Origin: Candidatus Latescibacterota bacterium
GTDB lineage: Bacteria; Latescibacterota; UBA2968; UBA8231
Direction of reading: 5' to 3'
Assembly (NCBI GenBank): GCA_965197905.1
Contig: CBDAOB010000005.1
Span: 1,228,176-1,292,175, forward strand
Length of the DNA stretch: 64,000 nt
In this document: piece after piece, positions 1 to 9,322 of the stretch
How the letters are laid out: every line of letters starts with the position of its first letter
How positions within the stretch are numbered: the stretch's first letter is position 1
Notes under the pieces: generated by a model
Databases searched by the model: none
What the model was told of the DNA's origin: nothing
What the model saw: the letters and a program-made list of their open reading frames with translations, nothing else
Program-made: the position numbers and the translations under genes

Positions 1-719
1 TGGGGCACTATGAATTCGCTCTCGATGCTGGTTCCAGGGATGCTCGAGTCTACAACGCCCGCGGCGAGGCTCTTTTTGCCACCGGCGATTTGGATGGGGC
101 TCTGGAAGATTTCCGTACCGCCGCCCGAACCGATCCAGAGCTCGCTGCTGCCTACACCAACATCGGCCGCGTGCAGTTGGCCCGGGGCCGTGATGTCGAA
201 GCGGCAGCAGCCCTGGAGCGTACCCTGGATTTCGAAACGGACAATCCGCGGGTTTTTGAGCTTCTTGGAAAAGCGTACGCATTGTCGGGCAAAACAGCTG
301 CCGCGGTGGAGGTGTTTGGCCAGGCCATCGCTCTGGATCCTGAGTCACCCGACTCATACACCAACTTGGGTCTGCTGTACAACCAGTCGGGCGACGAACG
401 ACGGGCGGAGGAGATGTATCAAAAGGCGCTGGCTGTGGAGTCCGAACACGTTGCCGCCCTCTACAACCTGGGACCCCTTTCCCTGCAACAAGGTAAACTG
501 ACCGCTGCCATGGAGCTGCTGCGAAAGGTGGTGGCTGCTGACGATCGTCATGAGGACGCTTACATGAATCTTGCCGCTGCCCATATTCAGGTAGGGGACC
601 GGGGTGGGGCGGTCGAGGCGCTCGAGCATTTCCTGGCACTGCACGGAACAGCCGACGAGTTGGGTGGCCGGATCGAGGTACAGCTGCACACCTTGAAATC
701 GGGCATCGAGGCGGAATAG
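1..719 (+). CDS. TPR-repeat protein (5' end lies outside the window)
   Basis: The reading frame is open from base 3 with no stop. Repeated A/L/Y/G-rich 34-residue TPR-like units (e.g. AYTNIGRV..., SYTNLGLLYNQSG, ALYNLG, AYMNLAAAH). Confidence 0.6.
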   Translation, partial: GHYEFALDAGSRDARVYNARGEALFATGDLDGALEDFRTAARTDPELAAAYTNIGRVQLARGRDVEAAAALERTLDFETDNPRVFELLGKAYALSGKTAAAVEVFGQAIALDPESPDSYTNLGLLYNQSGDERRAEEMYQKALAVESEHVAALYNLGPLSLQQGKLTAAMELLRKVVAADDRHEDAYMNLAAAHIQVGDRGGAVEALEHFLALHGTADELGGRIEVQLHTLKSGIEAE

Positions 720-757
720 CCGATTCCTCCTCCCCCAGCATGAGACAAGGAGGGGTT

Positions 758-1234
758 GACATGGATCTACCGAAAGCCATATCGACGCTACTGGAGCCGT
801 TGTTTTCAGAGTACCCGCCCGACCGCGCGATGCAGCAGCTCGTTGTGCGCGAACCGGCGTCGGGTTTCTTGGGTTTGGTCGAGGGGCTTGTGAAAGAATC
901 GGGAAATCAGTTGCCAACCCCATTGTACTCTGCTCTGTGGCTCTACGTGGATGACCTGAACCGCAGCCACACCATTTCCCAGGGCATACAAAGCGCCACA
1001 GGGTCTTTCTGGCACGGGATCATGCACCGCAGGGAGGGCGACTTTTCCAACAGTCACTATTGGTTCAATAAGGTTGGAGAACATCCGGCGATGTCGCGGA
1101 TCGATGGGTACGATGCCCACGATTTCATCGACGCGGTAGAATTGAATAGCGGCAGTCAATCTGCTGAGCTGGTAGCCCGCCAACAGGCTGAGTGGCAGGC
1201 GCTATTTTCGTGGTGCGCTGAGAATCCGGAGTGA
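758..1234 (+). CDS. hypothetical protein
   Basis: ORF with an AGGAGG ribosome-binding site 8 nt upstream of the ATG at 758. I recognise no family; it has a conserved-looking block WHGIMHRREGDFSNSHYWF. Confidence 0.4.
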   Translation, partial: DMDLPKAISTLLEPLFSEYPPDRAMQQLVVREPASGFLGLVEGLVKESGNQLPTPLYSALWLYVDDLNRSHTISQGIQSATGSFWHGIMHRREGDFSNSHYWFNKVGEHPAMSRIDGYDAHDFIDAVELNSGSQSAELVARQQAEWQALFSWCAENPE

Positions 1235-1277
1235 GCAGATGCCGGGTTGCGATGGTTAGCGGGCACCTTCTATATTC

Positions 1278-2597
1278 TTGGATTTCCGCGGAGTGAGCAC
1301 GTTGGCAGAGACTATAGGTGTGGGTCTCATTGGTCTTGGCACGGTTGGCACCGGGGTCGTCCATCTGCTGCTGCAGCGGTCGGAGAGCCACCGCCCGACG
1401 GATGTAGGGTTCTGCATACGCCGTGTAGCCGTACGCGACAGGACGAAATCGCGTGGGGTCGATCTCGACGCGGGGCTGCTGACAGAGGACCCCACGGCGG
1501 TCATTGATGACCCTTCTGTCGATCTCGTCGTCGAACTCTCCGGCGACGCGGAGGCCCGCTCCTGGATAGCACGGGCACTCGATCAGGGTAAGGATACGGT
1601 GACGGCCAACAAGGCCGTTGTTGCCGAATTCGGTGAGGAGCTCTTCGATCGCGCCCAAGCCAGTGGCGCCGATCTCATGTTCGAAGCGAGCGTCGCGGGT
1701 GGCATTCCGATCATTCGCTCGATGCGCTCGGGGTTGGCGGCCAATCGGGTGGAATCGATCCACGGAATCCTCAACGGCACCACCAACTACATTCTCACCC
1801 AAATGACCCGAGGCACCGGAGACTATGGGGAGAGTCTGGAGTTGGCCAAGCAGAACGGCTTTGCAGAATCGGACCCGACCATGGATCTAAACGGCATGGA
1901 TGCGGCGCAAAAACTAGCTATCCTGTGCCGCATTGCGTTTGGCACGAATGCCTCCGGATCCGAGATAGCGCGGTCGGGCATCGAAGGCATCAGCCGCGCC
2001 GATATCGAGTACGCCAGGGAGCTCGGCTACGTAATCAAGCTGCTCGCCATTGGCAAGCGGCGCGACGACCAGATCGAAGCCCGGGTGCATCCAGCCATGA
2101 TTTCGCAGGATTCAGTGCTGGCCAACATCCACGATGAGTACAACGGCATCGAGGTGGTTGGCAGCGCGGTGGGAACTCAGGTGTTCACCGGGAAGGGGGC
2201 TGGGCAGATGCCCACGGCAAGCGCTGTGGTGGCGGATATGATCGAGGTGGCCCAGCGCCGGAGTTCCGGAGCTCGTTCGGGTGTAGGTGATTTGCTTCCA
2301 GGGCGCGGCGCCTTGAGGCTGGCGGACAGCGCGCAGATGGAATCGCGATTCTACCTGCGGCTAGTGGTGGCCGATCGACCCGGAGTGCTCGAGCTTATCG
2401 CCAAGATACTGGCCAGCCAACAAATCAGCATCGCTTCGGTCTTGCAAAAGGAACGCGATCTGCAAGGCGGTGCCGTGCCGCTGATTATCGTGACCCACGA
2501 AGCCAGCGAAGCAGCCATGCAGAACGGTCGGGAGGAGATGAATCGACTGAACGAGGTGCAGGAGGATGTACAGTTGATCCGCATCGAAGCGACATGA
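1278..2597 (+). CDS. hom: homoserine dehydrogenase
   Basis: N-terminal NAD-binding GLIGLGTVGTG motif, the ILNGTTNYIL catalytic-domain motif and a C-terminal ACT-like region. The stop overlaps the next ATG (ATGA). Confidence 0.85.
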   Translation: MDFRGVSTLAETIGVGLIGLGTVGTGVVHLLLQRSESHRPTDVGFCIRRVAVRDRTKSRGVDLDAGLLTEDPTAVIDDPSVDLVVELSGDAEARSWIARALDQGKDTVTANKAVVAEFGEELFDRAQASGADLMFEASVAGGIPIIRSMRSGLAANRVESIHGILNGTTNYILTQMTRGTGDYGESLELAKQNGFAESDPTMDLNGMDAAQKLAILCRIAFGTNASGSEIARSGIEGISRADIEYARELGYVIKLLAIGKRRDDQIEARVHPAMISQDSVLANIHDEYNGIEVVGSAVGTQVFTGKGAGQMPTASAVVADMIEVAQRRSSGARSGVGDLLPGRGALRLADSAQMESRFYLRLVVADRPGVLELIAKILASQQISIASVLQKERDLQGGAVPLIIVTHEASEAAMQNGREEMNRLNEVQEDVQLIRIEAT

Positions 2598-3790
2598 AGT
2601 ACGTAGTTATCGTTCCCGACGGCGCGGCTGATTACCCGGTCGCCGAGATCCAGGGTCGGACGCCCCTGGAGGCGGCCTCCCTGCCGAACACCGATCGCCT
2701 GGCTGCGGAAGGTTCGGGGGGGTTAGTGAAGGTGATCCCCGACGCTCGTCATGCCGGCAGCGACATCGGCAACCTCGAGCTTTTCGGGTACGACAGCTTG
2801 GTCGACTATACGGGCAGGGCTCCGCTCGAAGCTAAAAGCATGGGGATAGAGCTGGAAAAGGACGGGATAGCGTTCAGGTGCAATTTGATCAACCTGCGGG
2901 AGGAGGTTCTTCACGACTACAGTGCAGGGCACATCTCCACGCCCGAAGCAGACGAGCTGATTCAGCTTCTGAACCAGGAGTTGGGGAGCCGCCAGATTCG
3001 ATTCTACACGGGGGTGGGGTACCGCCATTTAATGATCTACGAAGGCGGTCCGGAACACCTGGAGACTCATGCCCCTCACGATATCATGGGCAGGAAGATC
3101 GCCAACAATTTGCCTGCCGGCGGCGGCCAGGAATTGGTAAGGGATCTCATGGACAGAGGTGCAGACATTCTGTCTGGTGCCGCGGTCAATCGGAAACGCG
3201 AGTCAGCCGGAGAGCTGGCGGCGAATGGCATCTGGCTGTGGGGTTCGGGTCGCGCACTGCAGCTGGAGAAGATGCACAGCAAATTCGGCATATCCGGTGC
3301 CGTCATCTCCGCTGTGGATTTGGTACGCGGTATCGGACTTACTGCCGGATTGGAGATCGTGGACGTCCCGGGAATTACCGGTTACACCGATACCAACTAC
3401 AAAGGTAAGAGCCAGTACGCCCTCGAAGCCTTGAGAAAATACGATCTCGTTTATGTGCACGTCGAGGCTCCGGACGAAGCGGGTCACAACGGCGACCTGG
3501 ACGCCAAGATAGGCGCGCTGGAGGATATAGATCGGCACGTCGTTGGGCCTCTGGCTGACGGGGTGGTCCAGCTAGGCGATTGTCGAATCCTGCTGTCGCC
3601 CGATCATCGGACGCCCCTCGAGCTCCGCACACACAGTCGGGAACCAGTACCGTTCCTTCTTTGGGGTACCGGGGTGTCGCCCGACGACATCCGTCGATAC
3701 GATGAAAGAGAAGCGGAGCGGGGGTCACTTCAGGTCGAAGCCGGACACCGCTTGATGGAGTTGTTGGTCCGCGGAGCAACCAATGTCTGA
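2594..3790 (+). CDS. cofactor-independent phosphoglycerate mutase family protein (archaeal-type apgM-like); candidate non-orthologous homoserine kinase
   Basis: The N-terminus MKYVVIVPDGAADYPV is typical of the apgM/metalloenzyme (alkaline-phosphatase-fold) family. It is translationally coupled (ATGA) to hom and lies between hom and lysC. Confidence 0.7.
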   Translation: MKYVVIVPDGAADYPVAEIQGRTPLEAASLPNTDRLAAEGSGGLVKVIPDARHAGSDIGNLELFGYDSLVDYTGRAPLEAKSMGIELEKDGIAFRCNLINLREEVLHDYSAGHISTPEADELIQLLNQELGSRQIRFYTGVGYRHLMIYEGGPEHLETHAPHDIMGRKIANNLPAGGGQELVRDLMDRGADILSGAAVNRKRESAGELAANGIWLWGSGRALQLEKMHSKFGISGAVISAVDLVRGIGLTAGLEIVDVPGITGYTDTNYKGKSQYALEALRKYDLVYVHVEAPDEAGHNGDLDAKIGALEDIDRHVVGPLADGVVQLGDCRILLSPDHRTPLELRTHSREPVPFLLWGTGVSPDDIRRYDEREAERGSLQVEAGHRLMELLVRGATNV

Positions 3791-3816
3791 ACGAGCTACC
3801 AGCCGATGGTGACCGT

Positions 3817-5034
3817 ATGGCGTTGATCGTTCAGAAATACGGCGGCACGTCGGTTGCGACTCCCGAGCTTATCCGCAGAGTGGCGGAACGTATCGTTGCT
3901 CGCAATAAGGCCGGCGACCGCATGGTGGTGGTTGTTTCCGCCATGGGCGACACGACCAACGAGCTCGAAGCGCTGGCGCGAAAGGTGACCCGACGTCCCT
4001 CCGACCGTGAGATGGATATGCTAATGGCGTCCGGAGAGCGGATTTCAATGTCTCTTCTGTCGATGGCGGTAAATGATCTGGGGGTGGAAGCGGTATCTCT
4101 GACCGGCGGCCAAAGCGGAATTATTACCGATACCGCCCATCGGAAAGCGCGGATTCTTGACATCAAGGTCGATCGCATGTTGGCGGAATTGGAAATGGGT
4201 CGGGTGCTGATCGTGGCCGGTTTCCAGGGCGTCACCACCGACGCCGAGGAAACGACCCTGGGCAGGGGAGGTTCGAACCTCACCGCCGTGGCTCTGGCTT
4301 ACGCCCTGGGGGCAGACGTATGTGAGATGAATACCGACGTAGACGGCATCTATACGGCAGATCCCCGAGTCGTCCCTGACGCACGAAAGCTGGATCTCGT
4401 TACTCCGGAGGAGATGCTCGAGATGGCCGGTGCCGGAGCTCGCGTTTTGCAGTCGCGCTCCGTCGAATTCGCCGAAAAGTACGGGGTTACCATCGCTGTC
4501 CGTTCGAGTTTTAACGAAAACCCTGGAACGTTGATAAAGGAGACAAAAGAGATGGAGGAGGTACTGGTGCGGGGTGTCGCGCACGAGCTGGATGCCGCCA
4601 AGATTACGGTTCGGCACGTCACTGACAGGCCGGGAATAGCGGCAAAGCTGTTCGGCTCGCTCGCGCAACGCCACGTCAACGTCGACATGATCATTCAGAA
4701 TACCAGCGAGGCGGGTTCGACAGATGTCTCCTTCACCGTGCAGAACGAGGACCTCGATAAAGCGTTGGACGTGTGTGCCGGCGTCCAGAAGGAACTGGGT
4801 GCCGAAGAGGTGGTTGCCGATTCCGACATCGCCAAGGTGTCCGTGGTTGGAGTGGGGATGAAGAGCCATGCGGGGGTGGCGGCGAGCATGTTCGAAGCGC
4901 TGGCGACGGCAAACATTAACATTCATATGATCAGCACCTCGGAGATCAAAATCTCCGTCGTGGTTCGTGAAGCCGACGCAGAGCCCGCCGTGCGTGTGTT
5001 GCACAACGCTTTTAAATTGGCTGAGGCGAGTTGA
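3817..5034 (+). CDS. lysC: aspartate kinase
   Basis: N-terminus VQKYGGTSV...VVVVSAMGDTTN (amino-acid kinase fold) and C-terminal tandem ACT domains. Confidence 0.85.
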   Translation: MALIVQKYGGTSVATPELIRRVAERIVARNKAGDRMVVVVSAMGDTTNELEALARKVTRRPSDREMDMLMASGERISMSLLSMAVNDLGVEAVSLTGGQSGIITDTAHRKARILDIKVDRMLAELEMGRVLIVAGFQGVTTDAEETTLGRGGSNLTAVALAYALGADVCEMNTDVDGIYTADPRVVPDARKLDLVTPEEMLEMAGAGARVLQSRSVEFAEKYGVTIAVRSSFNENPGTLIKETKEMEEVLVRGVAHELDAAKITVRHVTDRPGIAAKLFGSLAQRHVNVDMIIQNTSEAGSTDVSFTVQNEDLDKALDVCAGVQKELGAEEVVADSDIAKVSVVGVGMKSHAGVAASMFEALATANINIHMISTSEIKISVVVREADAEPAVRVLHNAFKLAEAS

Positions 5035-5049
5035 TATCCGGAGGATCTA

Positions 5050-6081
5050 ATGGCAAGGCAATACAGAGTTGGGATAATGGGAGCCACAGGAGCGGTGGGG
5101 CAAGTAATGCTCGAGATTCTGAAGGAACGGCGTTTCCCACTCTCCGAGTTACGGTTGTTGGCTTCCCATAGATCGGCTGGACAGAGGGTCGAATTTTGCG
5201 GCCAGGAGTTGGTGGTGCAGGAGCTGGCGGTGGACTCGTTCGGAGGCCTCGACCTCGTCTTGGCCTCGGCGGGCGGCAAGCTGTCCAAGGAGTACAATCC
5301 ACACGCCGTGAAGGCGGGGGCTGTGGTGGTGGATAACACCTCCGCGTTTCGGATGGATCCCGACGTGCCGCTGGTGGTGCCCGAAGTCAACGAGGCCGAC
5401 CTCGCCGACCATAATGGCATTATCGCCAACCCTAACTGTTCCACGATTATCATGGTGGTCGCGATCTGGCCTCTTCATACAGTGGTTCCAGTCAGGCGCA
5501 TGGTCGTATCCACCTATCAGGCGGTCAGTGGCGCCGGGGCGCGAGCGATGGACGAGCTCAGCGAGCAATTGCGGCAGGTTTTGGCCGGTGCTCCTGTAGA
5601 GCCGAAGGAATTTTCTCACCAGATCGCGCTGAATCTTTTTTCTCACGATTCGGACATCGGCCCTGAGGGATATTGTGAGGAGGAGATGAAGATGGTGAAG
5701 GAGACCCGCAAGATGTTCCATCGCGATGATCTGAACATCACCGCGACGACCATACGCGTCCCGGTGATGCGGGCTCATTCCGAAGCGATCAATCTGGAAT
5801 TTGAAATGCCGATGGAGGTCGAGGAAGCGCGATCCATCCTCGCTCGAGCACCTGGCGTGAAGATCGTTGATGATCGCGAAAGGAACTATTTCCCTATGCC
5901 GATCGAGGCCTCTGGCCAGGACGAGGTCTTGGTGGGGCGTATCCGGCAGGACATTTCCCAGGCCGACAACATGGGTCTCGATCTATGGGTCAGTGGCGAT
6001 CAACTGCGGAAGGGTGCGGCGCTGAACGCCGTTCAGATAGCTGAGCGGCTGGCGGATATGAAGGTGCTGCGGGCGGCGTAA
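5050..6081 (+). CDS. asd: aspartate-semialdehyde dehydrogenase
   Basis: IMGATGAVGQ NAD(P)-binding motif and the ANPNCSTI active-site cysteine motif; length 343 aa. Confidence 0.9.
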   Translation: MARQYRVGIMGATGAVGQVMLEILKERRFPLSELRLLASHRSAGQRVEFCGQELVVQELAVDSFGGLDLVLASAGGKLSKEYNPHAVKAGAVVVDNTSAFRMDPDVPLVVPEVNEADLADHNGIIANPNCSTIIMVVAIWPLHTVVPVRRMVVSTYQAVSGAGARAMDELSEQLRQVLAGAPVEPKEFSHQIALNLFSHDSDIGPEGYCEEEMKMVKETRKMFHRDDLNITATTIRVPVMRAHSEAINLEFEMPMEVEEARSILARAPGVKIVDDRERNYFPMPIEASGQDEVLVGRIRQDISQADNMGLDLWVSGDQLRKGAALNAVQIAERLADMKVLRAA

Positions 6082-6112
6082 CGGGTCGGCTGGTGAGACG
6101 TGGAAGCTGAAT

Positions 6113-7255
6113 TCAGGGGAGGTCACGCACACACACGTGATCGATAAATCGCTCGTAGAGATCCACCGCCTTGTGCAGCTGTTCTAGTAAAATCCACTCA
6201 TCTGCGGTGTGGGCTTGCGCGATATCGCCAGGACCCAGCACCACCAGTTGTGACATCTTCTTCACGTACGCCATTCCATCCGTTCCGTAAGACACCGTCC
6301 CCGCTTTGCGTTTCCCCGCCATTCTCAGGGCCGTCTGTACCAAGGGCGATTCCAGCGGAGTATAGAGCGGCAACCCGCCGCGGCGGATGCGGCATTTCAG
6401 TCCATTTTTTCGGGCACTGTCGGTGATACGCCGGATTAGCGGTTCGGTATCGACTCCGGGCATGGGACGATAGAGAAGAAAACACTCGCTTCGTGCCGGA
6501 TATATGTTGATGGCGACATTGTGGTCGTTGACGCTGATGTTCAGCTCGGAGTACGGCGGATCGAATTCCGGGTTGTAGTAGCGCTTGGACGTAAGCACCA
6601 TCTTCCGAATCTTCAGGGCGTCACTCAGAAACGGAATCATCTTGAGGTTTGCGTTGACACCTTTGGTGGTGCTGGTATGAGCCGGCTTCCCCTTCGATGT
6701 CACCCAAGCCGAAAGACTGCCCTTGTGCGCGTGGACCACGCGCAGCATCGTCGGCTCGCATATGATTCCGTACCCTTCGGAGGCCTCCTTGAATAACCTC
6801 GAGTGCTGAACCACCTTCTTGGCGCCCGCCGCGTGGCGCTCTTCGTCACCCGTCACGATCAGATACAGCGGCGCCTTGAGATCTGCGGACTTGAAACGGG
6901 CAGCGGCGCAGAGGGTAGCGGCAAGCGGACCTTTCATGTCGCAAGAGCCACGTCCATACATTTTGTCGCCGGAGATCAATGCACGGTAGGGATCGCTGGT
7001 CCAGCCGTCCTCCATCGCTGCCGGAACCGTATCGTCGTGACTCATGAGCGACAGGCCACCGGTGCCGTTGCCCAACTTCGCGATCATCGAAAGCTTCGGC
7101 GTCCCGAAGTCGTCCACATAAGGGATCTCTTCGATCTCGAATCCCAGCTTGCTGGCGATTTCGATAACGTGCCGGGTGACTTCGACATTACTGGTGAGGC
7201 TGGGTGATTTGAATCCGACGAGATCTCGTGCGATTCGAATAACGTCCAGTTTCAC
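6113..7255 (-). CDS. M20 family metallopeptidase (ArgE/DapE-like deacylase)
   Basis: M20 motifs (HDDTVP, GRGSCDMKG, DEE). The start is reassigned to the GTG at 7255 (VKLDVIRI...), preceded by AAGGAGG. It is convergent with asd. Confidence 0.75.
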   Translation of the reverse strand: MKLDVIRIARDLVGFKSPSLTSNVEVTRHVIEIASKLGFEIEEIPYVDDFGTPKLSMIAKLGNGTGGLSLMSHDDTVPAAMEDGWTSDPYRALISGDKMYGRGSCDMKGPLAATLCAAARFKSADLKAPLYLIVTGDEERHAAGAKKVVQHSRLFKEASEGYGIICEPTMLRVVHAHKGSLSAWVTSKGKPAHTSTTKGVNANLKMIPFLSDALKIRKMVLTSKRYYNPEFDPPYSELNISVNDHNVAINIYPARSECFLLYRPMPGVDTEPLIRRITDSARKNGLKCRIRRGGLPLYTPLESPLVQTALRMAGKRKAGTVSYGTDGMAYVKKMSQLVVLGPGDIAQAHTADEWILLEQLHKAVDLYERFIDHVCVRDLP

Positions 7256-7364
7256 ATGTCCTCCTTGCGAGGAAACGGCGAACAGACAGATGCAGAGGTG
7301 GTAAAACGGCGAGGGCCTGCTTCCCCACGGGTAAGCAGGCCCTCGCAAACCTTGGACTTAATTC

Positions 7365-7802
7365 TCAGCCAGTGACGGCACCGTGAAATTCGGTCCAGTC
7401 TTCCAGGTTGTTAAGATTTACGGCGTCGAGGATCGAACCGTCGTCGCTGATGCCGGCGGCCGACAGGATTCCACCTCTGGTTCCGTCATCGTGATTATAC
7501 CCTCTGATGGCGGAATTCGAGGCTTCGATCTCGCTGCTCGGAATGCTGCCACCACGCTGATCGAGGACCCACTTTTCGAACTGGGCGTAGGTAGGCAGGT
7601 TGTCTTTGATGTAGCTGATGGCGCTGTCGCGGTCGACCTTGAGGCCATCCAGCGCCATCTGATCGAATCCCTGTCCACACTCATCGTAGCTACTTTCCAG
7701 TTGGCCTTTGGCGCTCAACAGAACCTTCGACCACAATCGCGGCAGGTGGATAGCACCAAGCGGTCCTGAGAGATCCGAACTGATTAGGGGAATCTGTGCC
7801 AT
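7365..7802 (-). CDS. conserved hypothetical protein (possibly DUF5069-like)
   Basis: 145-aa ORF with good coding look. The family assignment is from memory only. Confidence 0.4.
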   Translation of the reverse strand: MAQIPLISSDLSGPLGAIHLPRLWSKVLLSAKGQLESSYDECGQGFDQMALDGLKVDRDSAISYIKDNLPTYAQFEKWVLDQRGGSIPSSEIEASNSAIRGYNHDDGTRGGILSAAGISDDGSILDAVNLNNLEDWTEFHGAVTG

Positions 7803-7904
7803 GATAGTCCTCCTTTAGGTGGGTTGGGCAGCACTAATCGCGCCGATATTTGATGTAGGGTTCGTACTATAGCTTAGCTAGCGGTGCGTGTCAATCAAAT
7901 CTCG

Positions 7905-9314
7905 TCATGAGCGGTCCGCACGCCTGGAGTGCCCTGCGAGCGAGCCCCAAGGGCCGTGTACTGCCAGGGTCATCCCCGGCCACTGAATGTTCACGAACAA
8001 GGTGGTCGCATCCGGGGAGAAAGTGGCTCCCGCGAACTCCGAATTGTTCATCGCATTGCGCGCAAACTTGTAGATGTTGCCTCCAGGAGTTACCCCAACC
8101 ATGAACTGTTCCTCCGGGCCGTCCTCGCAAAGCAGCAGGTCGCCCCATGGCGATACCGCCAGGTTATCGGCGTTGTCCACCAAAGCGGAATCGTTCGGTT
8201 CGATGAAGAGTTCAAGGGTGCCCGGCTTCTCATCTTCTTCTGGGGAGCCCTCGTGGATGCTGGGTTCGTAGCGCCACACCTGCCCTTTTAGCGTCTTGCC
8301 CCCGCTAGTGCAGATAAAATACATCGCCCCATTACCATAAGCGATTCCTTCGCCCCGCGCGAAGCGGGCGGCCCCGTTGGCGAAACCCTGAAATCGGAGA
8401 TCGTCGTCGGGTGCCTGCACGTTCTCGATGTCGATCCAGCGTACCGGTATTGTTGTGCCGGGCAAGACGTTCTGCGCCTCCCAATTTCTGGTGTCCAGGC
8501 TCTTCGCATCTCGTGTAGCGAGCGCCTGAAGTCTGCCGCCTTCGTGGAGAGCGCCTTGGCGGTGAGGAATAAAACGGTAGAAGAGACCATCGCCGCGATC
8601 CTCGGTTTCGTAGACGATCCCGGTATTCGGATCCACCGCCACCGCTTCATGTACGAATCGGCCCATGGCTTTCAAGGGGTTGGGCGTGGTGACGCCACGC
8701 TCACCTGCGGGAACCTCAAAGTTGAATCCGTGATCCTGCTCGAAGGTCTCTCCCGATCTTTGCGGCGTCTCCTCGCAGCTTATATAACTGTTCCAGGGGG
8801 TTGGGCCGCCGGCGCAATTGCGCACGGTGCCGGCGAGGCTCAGATGGTGATGCTCGAGGCGGCGAGATCGCGTGTTGTAGGTCATGGTTGTGGTCCCGCC
8901 GAGACATGGCAGCGACCGGCGACCACCGTCAAACAGGGCTTCCCAGGGACGGCCAGCCAAGAGTTCGTTGCTGTCGCCGAACGCTCCATTGCCCACCGAT
9001 CCGGGGGTCAGCTCGTGGTTGCAAATCAACATGGTGTTCTCGCCGGCTCCGGCAAAGGCGGCCATTCCATCCTGACCAGCCGGCACCAGCAGGCCGTCGT
9101 CCATCTGGCGCCCGGCTACCGAGACAACGCTGTAATCGAAGCCCGGAAGCAGGTCGACCACACCGATGGGGTCGGGAACAGGATCGGGAAACGGCAGGTT
9201 CGGAACGGCCTGCGTGGCGCTGCAGTAACCCGCTTCAACGAGGTGGCGCAGGCCGAGAAATCCCATCGTCGCAGCAGTGGAGGTTTTGAGAAACTGGCGC
9301 CTCGCAAGACTCAT
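7905..9314 (-). CDS. Tat-secreted PhoX-like phosphatase (DUF839 family)
   Basis: Twin-arginine signal RRQFLKTSTAA at the reassigned start MSLARRQF. A beta-propeller-like core with NCAGGPTPWNSY and ICNHE motifs resembles PhoX/DUF839. Confidence 0.55.
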   Translation of the reverse strand: MSLARRQFLKTSTAATMGFLGLRHLVEAGYCSATQAVPNLPFPDPVPDPIGVVDLLPGFDYSVVSVAGRQMDDGLLVPAGQDGMAAFAGAGENTMLICNHELTPGSVGNGAFGDSNELLAGRPWEALFDGGRRSLPCLGGTTTMTYNTRSRRLEHHHLSLAGTVRNCAGGPTPWNSYISCEETPQRSGETFEQDHGFNFEVPAGERGVTTPNPLKAMGRFVHEAVAVDPNTGIVYETEDRGDGLFYRFIPHRQGALHEGGRLQALATRDAKSLDTRNWEAQNVLPGTTIPVRWIDIENVQAPDDDLRFQGFANGAARFARGEGIAYGNGAMYFICTSGGKTLKGQVWRYEPSIHEGSPEEDEKPGTLELFIEPNDSALVDNADNLAVSPWGDLLLCEDGPEEQFMVGVTPGGNIYKFARNAMNNSEFAGATFSPDATTLFVNIQWPGMTLAVHGPWGSLAGHSRRADRS

Positions 9315-9322
9315 CAGTAGAC

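Noticed and set aside
354-923. Long antisense ORFs (e.g. 354-923 minus, 1125-1802 minus, 4045-5004 minus, 10457-11197 minus, 19326-19982 minus, 25242-25907 minus, 61318-61965 minus).
   Set aside because: This is a high-GC genome, so stop-poor shadow frames opposite well-supported genes are common. Their proteins are Arg/Pro/Gly-rich and match no family.
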